DNA of 64,000 bases, from assembly GCA_016213925.1 (NCBI GenBank), contig JACQZH010000041.1, forward strand, positions 73,352-137,351. The letters are read 5' to 3'. Position 1 is the first letter of the stretch, and each line of letters opens with the position of its first letter. Position numbers and translations under genes: made by a program. The notes below the pieces were generated by a model, which had not been told where the DNA came from, ran no database searches, and saw nothing but the letters and a program-made list of their open reading frames with translations. Positions 1 through 9,434 of the stretch are shown here, in pieces. The DNA is from Candidatus Omnitrophota bacterium. Its GTDB lineage: Bacteria; Omnitrophota; Gorgyraeia; B26-G9.

Positions 1-1
1 T

Positions 2-817
2 GAAGGGCTATGGCAAGTTAATGAAACACAGGATGTGTTATCAATAACCATTGATTGGAAAAAAATACCTCTGCGCCAGATCTGGCAAATTAGAAGGATA
101 GAAAACGGATTTAACTGGCTTGTTTATTCGGACGTTAAAGCGCCGCTGAAAATAGAAAAGATAATCGGCGGGATCATGCTTGCTCCGGAATATGAGGAGT
201 GGTTTAATACCGTAGAACAAGGCAGATTCCCGCAATTTAATGAATCGTGGGAGAGTATTTTTTTGCAGGATACTAAAAGTAAAATTATAGGGGTAAAAGC
301 CAATGGGATACTGCCGGCGCTTATTGTAGAGAATTTGCAGCATGGAGAGATATTACTGCAAAATGCTCCGCAGAGCTGCTTAAGCAGGGCTTTACGCGTT
401 GAACTTAAAACACATAATGAGTTATTTGCAGCTAATCGATATAAATCTTTTAACTTGAATTTATACCTGATTTTCGGAGCAAAGAAATGCGAAAATTTTG
501 TTAAGCAGAAAAGCAATCAGCTGCTTAAGTCAAAAGAGCTTGGCGAAGGCAGTTTGCGGCTTAAATTATCCGATTCTTCCGTGCATCTTTTTTGGAATGA
601 TCTGCAGCTAAGCGTAAATCAGGGGCTGCATTCAGCATTGTTGGTCAATAACGAATGGTTTGACTCAAGTAAATGCGATTGGAAAATTGAAAGAATTAAT
701 GATCAATGCATTTATATTGATATTGACTGGAGGCCTCTGCCCGTGAAGCAATCATGGCAGTTAAATATTATCGATGAAAATTCTTTCTCCTGGAAAGTAA
801 AAACGTATTTTAAATAG
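2..817 (+). CDS. Repeat-domain protein, 5'-truncated by the window edge; probably the N-terminal part of the 839..3409 radical SAM protein
   Basis: Frame is open from base 2 (EGLWQVNETQDVLSITIDWKKIP...). It carries parts of two copies of a Trp-rich ~200-aa domain and ends at TAG 815-817, in frame with the next ORF. Confidence 0.8.
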   Translation, partial: EGLWQVNETQDVLSITIDWKKIPLRQIWQIRRIENGFNWLVYSDVKAPLKIEKIIGGIMLAPEYEEWFNTVEQGRFPQFNESWESIFLQDTKSKIIGVKANGILPALIVENLQHGEILLQNAPQSCLSRALRVELKTHNELFAANRYKSFNLNLYLIFGAKKCENFVKQKSNQLLKSKELGEGSLRLKLSDSSVHLFWNDLQLSVNQGLHSALLVNNEWFDSSKCDWKIERINDQCIYIDIDWRPLPVKQSWQLNIIDENSFSWKVKTYFK

Positions 818-838
818 GGGAAAACTGATTTAATTAAA

Positions 839-3409
839 ATGCGCTCGCTTGGACTGATTCTAAATCCGCAATATGATAGATGGTTCGGCGGGTACGAATC
901 CGGATTTTTCCCGGCGGAGTTTAGCGGCTGGCGTGAGATGATAGAAGATAAGGAAAACGGCTCGGCTGTAGGAGTTGTCGGTAATGAAAACCTTCCGGCA
1001 GTATTTTTTAAAAATACCGCTGATAATCAGTCAGTGCTTATTGTTCAGAACTCGGATGAAAAGTCAAAAGCCCGGTTTATACAGTCGGTGCTTACAAATG
1101 GAGGAGATATTTCGGGAAAATCTAATAATGAGGCGGATTTTTCCATAGAAATCAGCATTGTTGAGGACAATAGCCGAGTTGCGCAATATCTGGCAAAAAG
1201 GATAGACGAAGAAATTATCAAGAATGGGATTAGTAAGGGAAGTTTGAAATTAATAGCAGACTCCGGGAAAATGCGCACTTTCTGGCAGGGCAGGGAGATA
1301 ACTGCGGATATCGGTTTGCATACGGCAATATGTTCAAGCGGGTATTGGTATGATTCCGGGAAAATGAAGTGGCAATTGGATAAAGTATCGACGGACAAGC
1401 TGCTGATAAAGGTTGATTTTAATCCATTCCCGGCTATACAGACCTGGGAATTATTTCTTGAAGACGAAAAAACTATTTATTGGAATGTTACGATGGAAAT
1501 TTCAAAGCAGGTAGAGATAAGCGAACGCAAAGCAGGGATTATCCTAAATGGCGAGTATAAAGAGTGGTTTAATTCTTTCGAGCAGGGGGAGTTTCCTGAA
1601 CGCTTTACTTTTTGGCATGACATAATCCGCAATCGGGATGGAGAGACTTTCGGGGTTTATCCCGAAAGCGGGCTGCCTGGCGTTATGTTTAGCATAGATG
1701 ATAATCACTTATCGCTAATCCAGAATACGGATGAAAATATTAAAGGGCGTGTTTTTCAAGGGCAGGTAGTGGAAATTGAGCAGACAAAGAAATATTTACC
1801 GCAAAAGTCGCTGGATTATTTTAAAGGGAAAATAAGGCTTGTTGCTGATAAAAAGGAGATAATAGAGCATAAAAAAATTGCGCAGCCGCTTTCTTATAGG
1901 ACAGAGTCAATCTATTTGTATGGAGATTCGAAGGTCTTGCATAACCGTATTGCCAGGTGCGATGAATTCGATGCTAAAATTAAAAAAATCAAAGATTTTA
2001 TTGATCAGGGCATGCCTGTGTCTGTAGTTGTAGGCATTAGCCGTTATAACTTTTTTAAAATTCATGAGATTCTGCAGTTTTTGGCAAATCATCTGGGTAA
2101 AAATGCTGATTTTCGTTCATTTAAGTTATCGGTTTTTCCGCTTAATAAATTACGCAGGAATTTCATTGAGTATCTGGAAGAGCTGAAAAAAATTGCCAAA
2201 AATATCCTTGGCGTGGAATTTGCTTTAGTTGATGAGGAGTTGTTTAATATTATTATTTCGATTGGTTCTCAAGCAGACCAGGGTAATGAACGCCAGCTGT
2301 TAAGGCTTTTGGGAATAATCTCTGAACATGCTTTTATCGGGCCTCAAATCGTCGTTATTGATCCTTACCATAGATGTAATGCCAATTGTATACACTGCTG
2401 GGTGCATACGCCCGGGGTGCATCATTCTAAAGAATATTATGATACAAAGCTTGATTTGAAAAAATTTAAAAGCATCGCGGATGATTTAGCAGAACTAATG
2501 ACTGATCTGATTATTTTCCAGGGCGACGGAGAACCATTGATGAATGATGAATTTTTTGACATGGTTCGTTATGCCAGAGGAAAAGGGATTAAAGCATCTT
2601 TCTTCACAAACGGTATTTTGCTTAATAAAGATATCGCTAAAGAAGTTATTGAGATGGGAGTTGATGAAATCTTTTGCAGTTTGCCGGCAGGTACTGCTGA
2701 TACGTTTGCTAAAATAAATACAAAACAAAAACCTGAAATATTCTTGAAAGTGCTTGATAATCTAAAATATCTTTGCCAATTGAAAAAGAAAATGCCGGTG
2801 AATAAGCCGCGGCTGATTATGACACATGTCATACACAACATGAACGCGCATGAGCTGATTGAGATGGCAAAGAATGATATTGCTATAGGTGCTGATATAA
2901 TGAGGTTTTACCTTATCAGGCTTGATGAGAATATTGAATTTTTAAGATTAAACGCGGAAAACGTTAAAGATGTGAAGCGTTCTTTGCCGCAAATAAAAGA
3001 GATGGCCAAGGGCAAAAGCATTCAACTGCTGGATACAACGGAATTTCAGCTTAGTAATTTTGAGGAAAATACCGGCGCGTGGTCAAAGGATGTCTTCCTG
3101 AATAATGGCTGCACCTTGGGCTGGAATTTTTCTTTAATTCCCGCTTCCGGAGAGGTGAGTTTCTGCTGTCATTTACGTACAGTTGGTTATCTTGAAAAAA
3201 TGTCATTTAAGCAGATTTGGGATTCTCAAGAGTACAGGCAGTTCCGTTATCAGGCAAAATTTTTGAAGAAAAATGCCAAGACTAAATTCTTAAATGGGAC
3301 AACGATGTTTGACGATTACTGCCAGCATTGCGATACGCACCAGGTTATCCGTGATGTCTGGGATCAGTTTAAATTATACAAACTGGAAAAATTTTTCAAT
3401 GAAACATAA
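839..3409 (+). CDS. Radical SAM/SPASM(twitch) protein with N-terminal repeated beta-rich domains
   Basis: CNANCIHC motif, QGDGEPLM, FFTNG and C-terminal Cys cluster (CTLGW...FCCH...YCQHC). The N-terminus holds 1.5 copies of the repeat domain. Confidence 0.92.
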   Translation: MRSLGLILNPQYDRWFGGYESGFFPAEFSGWREMIEDKENGSAVGVVGNENLPAVFFKNTADNQSVLIVQNSDEKSKARFIQSVLTNGGDISGKSNNEADFSIEISIVEDNSRVAQYLAKRIDEEIIKNGISKGSLKLIADSGKMRTFWQGREITADIGLHTAICSSGYWYDSGKMKWQLDKVSTDKLLIKVDFNPFPAIQTWELFLEDEKTIYWNVTMEISKQVEISERKAGIILNGEYKEWFNSFEQGEFPERFTFWHDIIRNRDGETFGVYPESGLPGVMFSIDDNHLSLIQNTDENIKGRVFQGQVVEIEQTKKYLPQKSLDYFKGKIRLVADKKEIIEHKKIAQPLSYRTESIYLYGDSKVLHNRIARCDEFDAKIKKIKDFIDQGMPVSVVVGISRYNFFKIHEILQFLANHLGKNADFRSFKLSVFPLNKLRRNFIEYLEELKKIAKNILGVEFALVDEELFNIIISIGSQADQGNERQLLRLLGIISEHAFIGPQIVVIDPYHRCNANCIHCWVHTPGVHHSKEYYDTKLDLKKFKSIADDLAELMTDLIIFQGDGEPLMNDEFFDMVRYARGKGIKASFFTNGILLNKDIAKEVIEMGVDEIFCSLPAGTADTFAKINTKQKPEIFLKVLDNLKYLCQLKKKMPVNKPRLIMTHVIHNMNAHELIEMAKNDIAIGADIMRFYLIRLDENIEFLRLNAENVKDVKRSLPQIKEMAKGKSIQLLDTTEFQLSNFEENTGAWSKDVFLNNGCTLGWNFSLIPASGEVSFCCHLRTVGYLEKMSFKQIWDSQEYRQFRYQAKFLKKNAKTKFLNGTTMFDDYCQHCDTHQVIRDVWDQFKLYKLEKFFNET

Positions 3410-4376
3410 GAACATTACTTTTTTATTCCAAGGAAGAAGGTTTTCTTTAAGCTTGGGCGGAAAACTTTGTTTGCTTGTGATAAGTATTTGTTTTGCGTTA
3501 ATGATTGCTGAGCTTGCAGTACGGGTATTTGTTAAGGTTCCATTGAAGAAAGAGTATATGAGGTTTGCTAGTTTGAATTACGCTTTTATCCCTGAAGCAA
3601 TGCGGGATAAAGAACTGCTTTGGCTGCCGCGCAAGTATATTAGACAGACAAAATATCAAAAAGATAATAATAGTAGGATAATTTGCATAGGGGATTCTAA
3701 TACTGAAGGCCATAGCAGCCTAAGGATAGAGCAAACTTATCCTTATGCATTGGAGAAAATTTTTAAACAAGAAGGGCATAACAAAACGGTTGAAATTATA
3801 AATGCCGGTTCTTCAGGATATAGTTCTTTTCAGGGGCTGGCGTATTTACGCAAAGAAATTTATAAATATGAGCCTGATTTAGTGATTAGCTGGTTTGGAG
3901 TGCAGGATAGTTCCTGCGCCTGGTTTTATGAAGATAAAGCGCAGGATGCCTTAGAATATCCGGATGATAATAATAGTTTAATGAATTCCAGCAGGTTCTA
4001 TTTATTTATAAAAAATTTTTTCTTTTTAAGTGAAACCTTAAGGAAAAAAATTCCGCGTGTTTTGCCGCAAGATTACATGGCTAATTGCCGCGAAATGCTG
4101 AAGATTTCCAAAGAAAAAGGATTTAAAATGGCATTCATTGTGCCGTTTCACTTAGATTTAAAAAAAAATAAGGTTTTTTATTATGAAGAATATAAAGAAT
4201 TATTGTTGTCACTTGAAAAAGAAACAGATTGTTTGATTATAGATGTTGTCCCCTATTTGTTTGGAAAGAATATAAAAGAGTTATTTTTGGATAGTTGCCA
4301 TCCTAGCGGTAAAGGCAATGATTTTATTGCCGGTATTGTATTTAACGATTTGAAACATAAACAGTTGTTTAACTGA
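3399..4376 (+). CDS. Membrane-anchored SGNH/GDSL hydrolase (acetyltransferase/esterase-like)
   Basis: N-terminal TM segment; GDSNTEG, NAGSSGYSS and DSCHP blocks. ATG 3399, overlapping the upstream gene end, is preferred over 3294. Confidence 0.88.
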   Translation: MKHKNITFLFQGRRFSLSLGGKLCLLVISICFALMIAELAVRVFVKVPLKKEYMRFASLNYAFIPEAMRDKELLWLPRKYIRQTKYQKDNNSRIICIGDSNTEGHSSLRIEQTYPYALEKIFKQEGHNKTVEIINAGSSGYSSFQGLAYLRKEIYKYEPDLVISWFGVQDSSCAWFYEDKAQDALEYPDDNNSLMNSSRFYLFIKNFFFLSETLRKKIPRVLPQDYMANCREMLKISKEKGFKMAFIVPFHLDLKKNKVFYYEEYKELLLSLEKETDCLIIDVVPYLFGKNIKELFLDSCHPSGKGNDFIAGIVFNDLKHKQLFN

Positions 4377-4406
4377 AAATAAGCGTTGAAAAATTAAAAA
4401 TTTCCG

Positions 4407-5396
4407 ATGAGATTGAGATTTGCTTTTGGCAGGCATAAATATAGAGTCAAAAAAATAACACTGGTTTTTTTGTTTGGCACAGCTTTATTAGCAGCGTTAT
4501 TTTTAAGCGAGATCTTGGTCAGGTGTTTGTTTTCTTTTCCCGAAAGGGGATTTTATTTTAAATTCCGCCATATTAAAAATTTTTATATACCGCAAAGATT
4601 ACTGGATGGGGAATTATTTTGGAAGCCAAAACCTGAATTCCTAGGCTTAAAGTACGCGGAAAAAAAAGGCGATGGCGTTTTTCGGATTATTTGTATCGGA
4701 GATTCGGTAACGCAAAGTTATGATATTTCAGGCAGGCCTCAACCGCTAAAACAGACTTATCCCTATCAGTTGCAGTCTTTGCTTGAACGAATTATCGGTA
4801 AAGGCAGGGTTGAGGTTTTAAATGCCGGGATTGGAGGGTACAGTTCTCTTCAGGGACTTAGGTATTTACAGCGCAGTTTATGGAAATATAATCCGGATTT
4901 AGTGATAAGCTGGTTTGGTGTAAATGACCATAGTTTGGCTTTATTCTATCCGGATAAGGAGCAGCGGCTGTTTGTGAGTGCTGATATTAGGAAAAAAAAA
5001 TTACTTGAAAACAGTGCGTTATTTCTTTTTTTGAGGAATGAATTTTTTATAAAAAAAAAGCAGCGCGTGTCACCTGCTGAATATTTTGCTAATTGCGAGC
5101 AAATGGTGTTATTGGGAAAGGAAAAAAAATTTAAAATAATTTTTATCGCGCCATTTGAATATGAAAAAAAAATAAAGCGGGCAAATTATTATGACGAGTA
5201 TAAGCATGTATTGGAACTTTTGGCGGTAAAATATAATATAAGGGCCTTCGATATTTTACCGGCAGTTTGCATGTCTACGGATGCGGGCAATGTTTTTATA
5301 GATAATTGCCATTTTAATCCGGATGGCAATGCTATTGTTGCCAAGGCGATTTTTAATTTTTTGAAAGATGAGGAGTTTATACAAAGGTTAAAATAG
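4407..5396 (+). CDS. Membrane-anchored SGNH/GDSL hydrolase, tandem paralog
   Basis: GDSVT, NAGIGGYSS, GVND and DNCHF blocks; PDLVISWFGV is shared with the upstream gene. Confidence 0.9.
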   Translation: MRLRFAFGRHKYRVKKITLVFLFGTALLAALFLSEILVRCLFSFPERGFYFKFRHIKNFYIPQRLLDGELFWKPKPEFLGLKYAEKKGDGVFRIICIGDSVTQSYDISGRPQPLKQTYPYQLQSLLERIIGKGRVEVLNAGIGGYSSLQGLRYLQRSLWKYNPDLVISWFGVNDHSLALFYPDKEQRLFVSADIRKKKLLENSALFLFLRNEFFIKKKQRVSPAEYFANCEQMVLLGKEKKFKIIFIAPFEYEKKIKRANYYDEYKHVLELLAVKYNIRAFDILPAVCMSTDAGNVFIDNCHFNPDGNAIVAKAIFNFLKDEEFIQRLK

Positions 5397-8300
5397 ATGA
5401 AAATTTTACTTGTTAATTTACCTTGGAAAAATGCTGATAGATGGGGAGTGCGTGCCGGATCGCGCTGGCCGCATATAAAGGACGCGACCGAAGAAAATTA
5501 TCTGGCTTTTCCGTTTTATCTTGCGTATGCCGCGGCGCTATTAAGAAAAAATGGTTTTGATGCAGTGATTATTGACGCGATAGCGCAACGGCTTTCCTAT
5601 GGTGATTTTTTAAAAAAAACTGAAGAACTAAAGCCTGATTTGCTGGTTGCGGAGACGTCTACAGTACCTTGCTTGAGCTTGTAAAAGCGCTTGAAAATAA
5701 TAACCCGCTGGGAACAGTGCAAGGGCTTATTTACCGTAATAAATCAGATGTGGTAAAAAACTCGCCGCGTACTTTAATTGCCGATTTGGATCAATTGCCC
5801 TGGCCGCTTCGCGAAGGATTGCCGGTTAAGCGTTACAATGATGCTCCGGGGGATATTCCTATCCCTTGCGCTTCAATGTGGGCAAGCCGTGGATGCCCGT
5901 TTGGCTGTTCGTTCTGTCTTTGGCCGCAGGTAATGTACGGGGGTAATTCTTACCGCGTGCGCAGCGTAAAAAACGTAGTTGATGAAATGGAGTATCTTAT
6001 AAAAGAGTTGGGATTTAAATCCGTATATTTTGATGATGATACCTGGAATATCGGTTCTGAAAGGATTATTGCTTTTTGTGATGAACTGGAGCAAAGAAAA
6101 TTGAATGTGCCGTGGGCAATTATGGCAAGAGCAGAATTGATGAATGAGTATTTACTCGAAAGGATGCGCAAGGCAGGATTGTATGCGGTAAAATACGGGA
6201 TTGAATCATCTTCGCAAAAGATCGTTAATGATACCGGAAAGAGGCTTAATCTTGAAAAAGCGGAGGAGATGATAAGGTATACGAAGTATCTGGGGATAAA
6301 GACTCATTTAACGTTTACTTTTGGATTGCCCGGAGAAACGCAGCAAACAATTAATGAAACAATAGAATATGCTTGCAGGCTTAATCCTACTTCAGTGCAG
6401 TTTTCTCTGGCAACGCCTTTTCCCGGGACAAGATTTTACGATGAAATGGAGAAAAAAGGATATATAGTCTCAAAAGATTTAGAAAAGCTTGATGGTAATC
6501 ACAGCAGCGTGATCAGAACGCAAAGCCTTAGCGCCCGCGAACTGCAGCAAGCGAAGAAAAAAGCTTATATAACTTGGAATAGGCATTGCCGGTTTAAACG
6601 GCAAAGGCTAAAATTTCCTCAAAAAACTATAAAGGAAAAATTTGACGCTTCATTGCTGGAATACGGGTTATTTTATACAACAATGAAAATTTTGCGTTAT
6701 ATTTTGAGGCGTTTGCTGATTATCCCGTGGAAAATCCGCAGCTTTTTTAATGCAAATCTCTGGATTATAGAAGAAATTATAACTGCCGGGAATATTTCGA
6801 TTAAGTTCGGCGAAGGGCAAGTGCGCGTATACTATAATAATATAGAAATTTCAAAAGGGATCGGGATTACGGCTTCATTTTATTACGGAGAACGTTGGTT
6901 TGATTCTTCTCGGGCTAACTGGAAGCTTGAGAAAGATTCAGAGAAAAGCATAAGAGTTAAATTGACCTGGGATGATATCCCCATACGGCAATCATGGACA
7001 ATTTTGATTGGTGAAGAAGGGAAAATAAGCTGGAATAGCAAGCTTCAAGTACAAACTGCAGTACAGCTGCTTGAGTATAAGGCTGGAATCATGCTTCAGG
7101 AGCAATATACTAGATGGAAAGATGAACTTGGTGTTGGAAATTTCCCGAAAATAACTCAATGGGAAGAAATTGAATTATATAACGCTAATTCCCGCAGGCT
7201 TTTTGTTTTTAAAGAGGCTGCGGAAAGTAATAGCCAGATGCCGGAAGTCGAATTAGCGCTGAAAACAGCAAACAGGCCAAACATATATCCGCAGATACAA
7301 AATACTGATATAAAAACGAATGCTCGGATTATTCAGATGCGCAGTTTGCGAATTGAGCAGTTTGTCCCGGGAGAATATGCATATTTTGATCTGGAAATAT
7401 TTTTGCATAAAAAAAACTTGATAGCGCAGAATGTATCTGCGCTTAAGAAAAGAACTCCTTTAGGAATAATTAAGGCGCAGATTGCTCAAAATGGGGCTTC
7501 TACGGTGCTGCGTAAAATTATTAAAAACCTGCATCCGGTAAAACTTTCGGATTATTATACGGATATTGTCGGAGTTATGGACGGTTCCTATGCGTATAAG
7601 GGGCCTTATTGCGTGCAAATCGATCTGACCAACGATTGTAATAACGATTGTGTCGGCTGCTGGTGTAATTCACCGCTTTTGAAAGAGCGAAAAATCAGCA
7701 AGGAGATAAAGCAGCAGGCATTACCTTTGGATGTAGTGAAAAAAACAATTGATGATTTGGCGCTAATGGGAACTAAAGAGATATATTTTGCCGGAGGCGG
7801 AGAGCCGTTTATGCATGCGCATATTATGGAGATACTTGAATATGTCAAAGCTAAAGGATTAAAGTGTTATATAAATACAAACTTTACGTTGGTAACCGAA
7901 AATATGGTTAAACGGCTTGTGGAGATTGGAGTTGATCATTTGGTTGTAAGTGTATGGGCAGGAACTGCACAGACATATAAGCTTACGCATCCCAATAAGT
8001 CAGAAGAGATGTTTTATCAGATAAAAGGGATGTTAAAGCTGCTTAATTCTTTAAAGGACAATGTGCCGCAGGTTAATGTGTATAACATTATTTTTAACCG
8101 GAACTTTAAAGAATTGCCGCAGATGGTTGATTTCGCGCTTGAAGCCGGAGCCGATTCACTTGAATTTACGGTTATTGACACGATCCCTGAAGCGACGGAT
8201 ACACTGATTTTGGACGAAGGACAACGTTTACAGGTTTGCGGTGATTGTGAGAATATTCAAAAACGTTTGGAAGGTGAGCTTAAGGGAAAGATAAAAATTC

Positions 8301-9433
8301 TTCAGTTTGAGCAATTCTTGCGCCGCGTGAATAATAACGCCGCGCAAAAAGCTGAATATGATGATAATATTCTCGCGGAAATACCGTGTTATATCGGTTG
8401 GATTTTTGCCCGGATACTTGCTGACGGAAATGTTAACTTTTGCCTGAAAGCGCATCGTATTCCGGTGGGGAATATTTACGCGCATTCTTTTTCGCAAATC
8501 TGGAATAACCGCAAGCAACAGGAATTCCGTATAAGAGCACTGTGCCAGGAAAAAACCGATCCATTTTTTTCGTTTATTGGGAATGATCCGAATGTTCAGG
8601 TAGGTTGTTTTAAGGGCTGTGATGACCTTGCGAGGAATATCCGTATGCATGAAAAAATTCAATCGTTAACACGACCGGAATTTATTTTTTTGCGCATTGT
8701 GCTTATTTTAAAGAAAATGCTGCGTTTATATCGGACAAAAGCGCTTTCCAGCACGTTTAAAAAACGGTTACAAACAACTAAAAGGAAGCCTATACTTTCT
8801 TCCGGTAAACTTAGTATTGATTGCTGTGAAGACGGGATTAAACTTTACTGGGATGGTAAAGAGTTGACAGAAAGCGTGGGATTAAATACTTCAGTGTGCG
8901 TATATGGTTTATGGTATGACTCTTCAAGAGCTGAATGGGAAATAATGGGAAATTCTCATGCAAGATGCGTAATCCGTAATACTTGGAAAAATATTCCGGT
9001 TTCACAGCTATGGACGATTACAACGGATAATGATAATCTTATAAAATGGGATGTAAAGATGATTGTAGATACAAGAATTGATATAGAAGAAAGTAAAGCA
9101 AGCATAATCCTCAATTCCCGATATAAAAAGTGGATTGCCGGAGATGATCTTGGGTTCTTTCCCCGGGAAATGTCTTGGAATGAAGTTCAGATCCCCGGGA
9201 AAGCGGTTAAGAACATAGGAGTTCAATCAGTAAAAGATAAAGACTGGAAATTTCCTTCTGTGCAGATTATCTTTTTGGAAAAACAGGAAGGTGTTAAACC
9301 TCAATTGCAAAATGCCGGTAAAAAGATAAATGCGCGGTTATTGTCCGTACGCAAAGCTTCTGAAGATGGAGAAACAATATATCTGCCGGGAGAACATGAT
9401 ATCTTTTCACTGCAAATTAAAGTGATGGAATAA
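5397..9433 (+). pseudogene. Cobalamin-dependent radical SAM + repeat domain + radical SAM/SPASM + repeat domain fusion, broken by a deletion/frameshift at ~5665 (ORF pieces 5397..5684 and 5669..9433)
   Basis: Piece 1 is a B12-domain N-terminus (MKILLVNLPW...AGSRWP...AETSTV). Piece 2 resumes at TLLELVKAL in another frame and has SRGCPFGCSFC plus a second CNNDCVGC/GGGEPF/SPASM domain. About 50 codons present in paralog 24793 are missing. Could be an assembly error. Confidence 0.8.
5669..9433 (+). CDS. Dual radical SAM protein (class B catalytic core + SPASM-type radical SAM) with two repeat domains
   Basis: 1254-aa ORF with two CxxxCxxC motifs; repeat domains at about 6779-7405 and 8795-9430. 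Confidence 0.88.
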   Translation: MLELVKALENNNPLGTVQGLIYRNKSDVVKNSPRTLIADLDQLPWPLREGLPVKRYNDAPGDIPIPCASMWASRGCPFGCSFCLWPQVMYGGNSYRVRSVKNVVDEMEYLIKELGFKSVYFDDDTWNIGSERIIAFCDELEQRKLNVPWAIMARAELMNEYLLERMRKAGLYAVKYGIESSSQKIVNDTGKRLNLEKAEEMIRYTKYLGIKTHLTFTFGLPGETQQTINETIEYACRLNPTSVQFSLATPFPGTRFYDEMEKKGYIVSKDLEKLDGNHSSVIRTQSLSARELQQAKKKAYITWNRHCRFKRQRLKFPQKTIKEKFDASLLEYGLFYTTMKILRYILRRLLIIPWKIRSFFNANLWIIEEIITAGNISIKFGEGQVRVYYNNIEISKGIGITASFYYGERWFDSSRANWKLEKDSEKSIRVKLTWDDIPIRQSWTILIGEEGKISWNSKLQVQTAVQLLEYKAGIMLQEQYTRWKDELGVGNFPKITQWEEIELYNANSRRLFVFKEAAESNSQMPEVELALKTANRPNIYPQIQNTDIKTNARIIQMRSLRIEQFVPGEYAYFDLEIFLHKKNLIAQNVSALKKRTPLGIIKAQIAQNGASTVLRKIIKNLHPVKLSDYYTDIVGVMDGSYAYKGPYCVQIDLTNDCNNDCVGCWCNSPLLKERKISKEIKQQALPLDVVKKTIDDLALMGTKEIYFAGGGEPFMHAHIMEILEYVKAKGLKCYINTNFTLVTENMVKRLVEIGVDHLVVSVWAGTAQTYKLTHPNKSEEMFYQIKGMLKLLNSLKDNVPQVNVYNIIFNRNFKELPQMVDFALEAGADSLEFTVIDTIPEATDTLILDEGQRLQVCGDCENIQKRLEGELKGKIKILQFEQFLRRVNNNAAQKAEYDDNILAEIPCYIGWIFARILADGNVNFCLKAHRIPVGNIYAHSFSQIWNNRKQQEFRIRALCQEKTDPFFSFIGNDPNVQVGCFKGCDDLARNIRMHEKIQSLTRPEFIFLRIVLILKKMLRLYRTKALSSTFKKRLQTTKRKPILSSGKLSIDCCEDGIKLYWDGKELTESVGLNTSVCVYGLWYDSSRAEWEIMGNSHARCVIRNTWKNIPVSQLWTITTDNDNLIKWDVKMIVDTRIDIEESKASIILNSRYKKWIAGDDLGFFPREMSWNEVQIPGKAVKNIGVQSVKDKDWKFPSVQIIFLEKQEGVKPQLQNAGKKINARLLSVRKASEDGETIYLPGEHDIFSLQIKVME

Positions 9434-9434
9434 A

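Noticed and set aside
4980-5180. Poly-A tracts as possible phase-variation sites
   Set aside because: A8-A9 runs are common throughout this AT-rich, Lys-rich sequence and the frames are intact.
5388-5405. TAG directly followed by an in-frame ATG (possible SGNH-radical SAM readthrough fusion)
   Set aside because: The SGNH domain is complete and probably extracytoplasmic. The next gene has a typical MKILLVN start with GAGGAG upstream, so this is ordinary tight packing.
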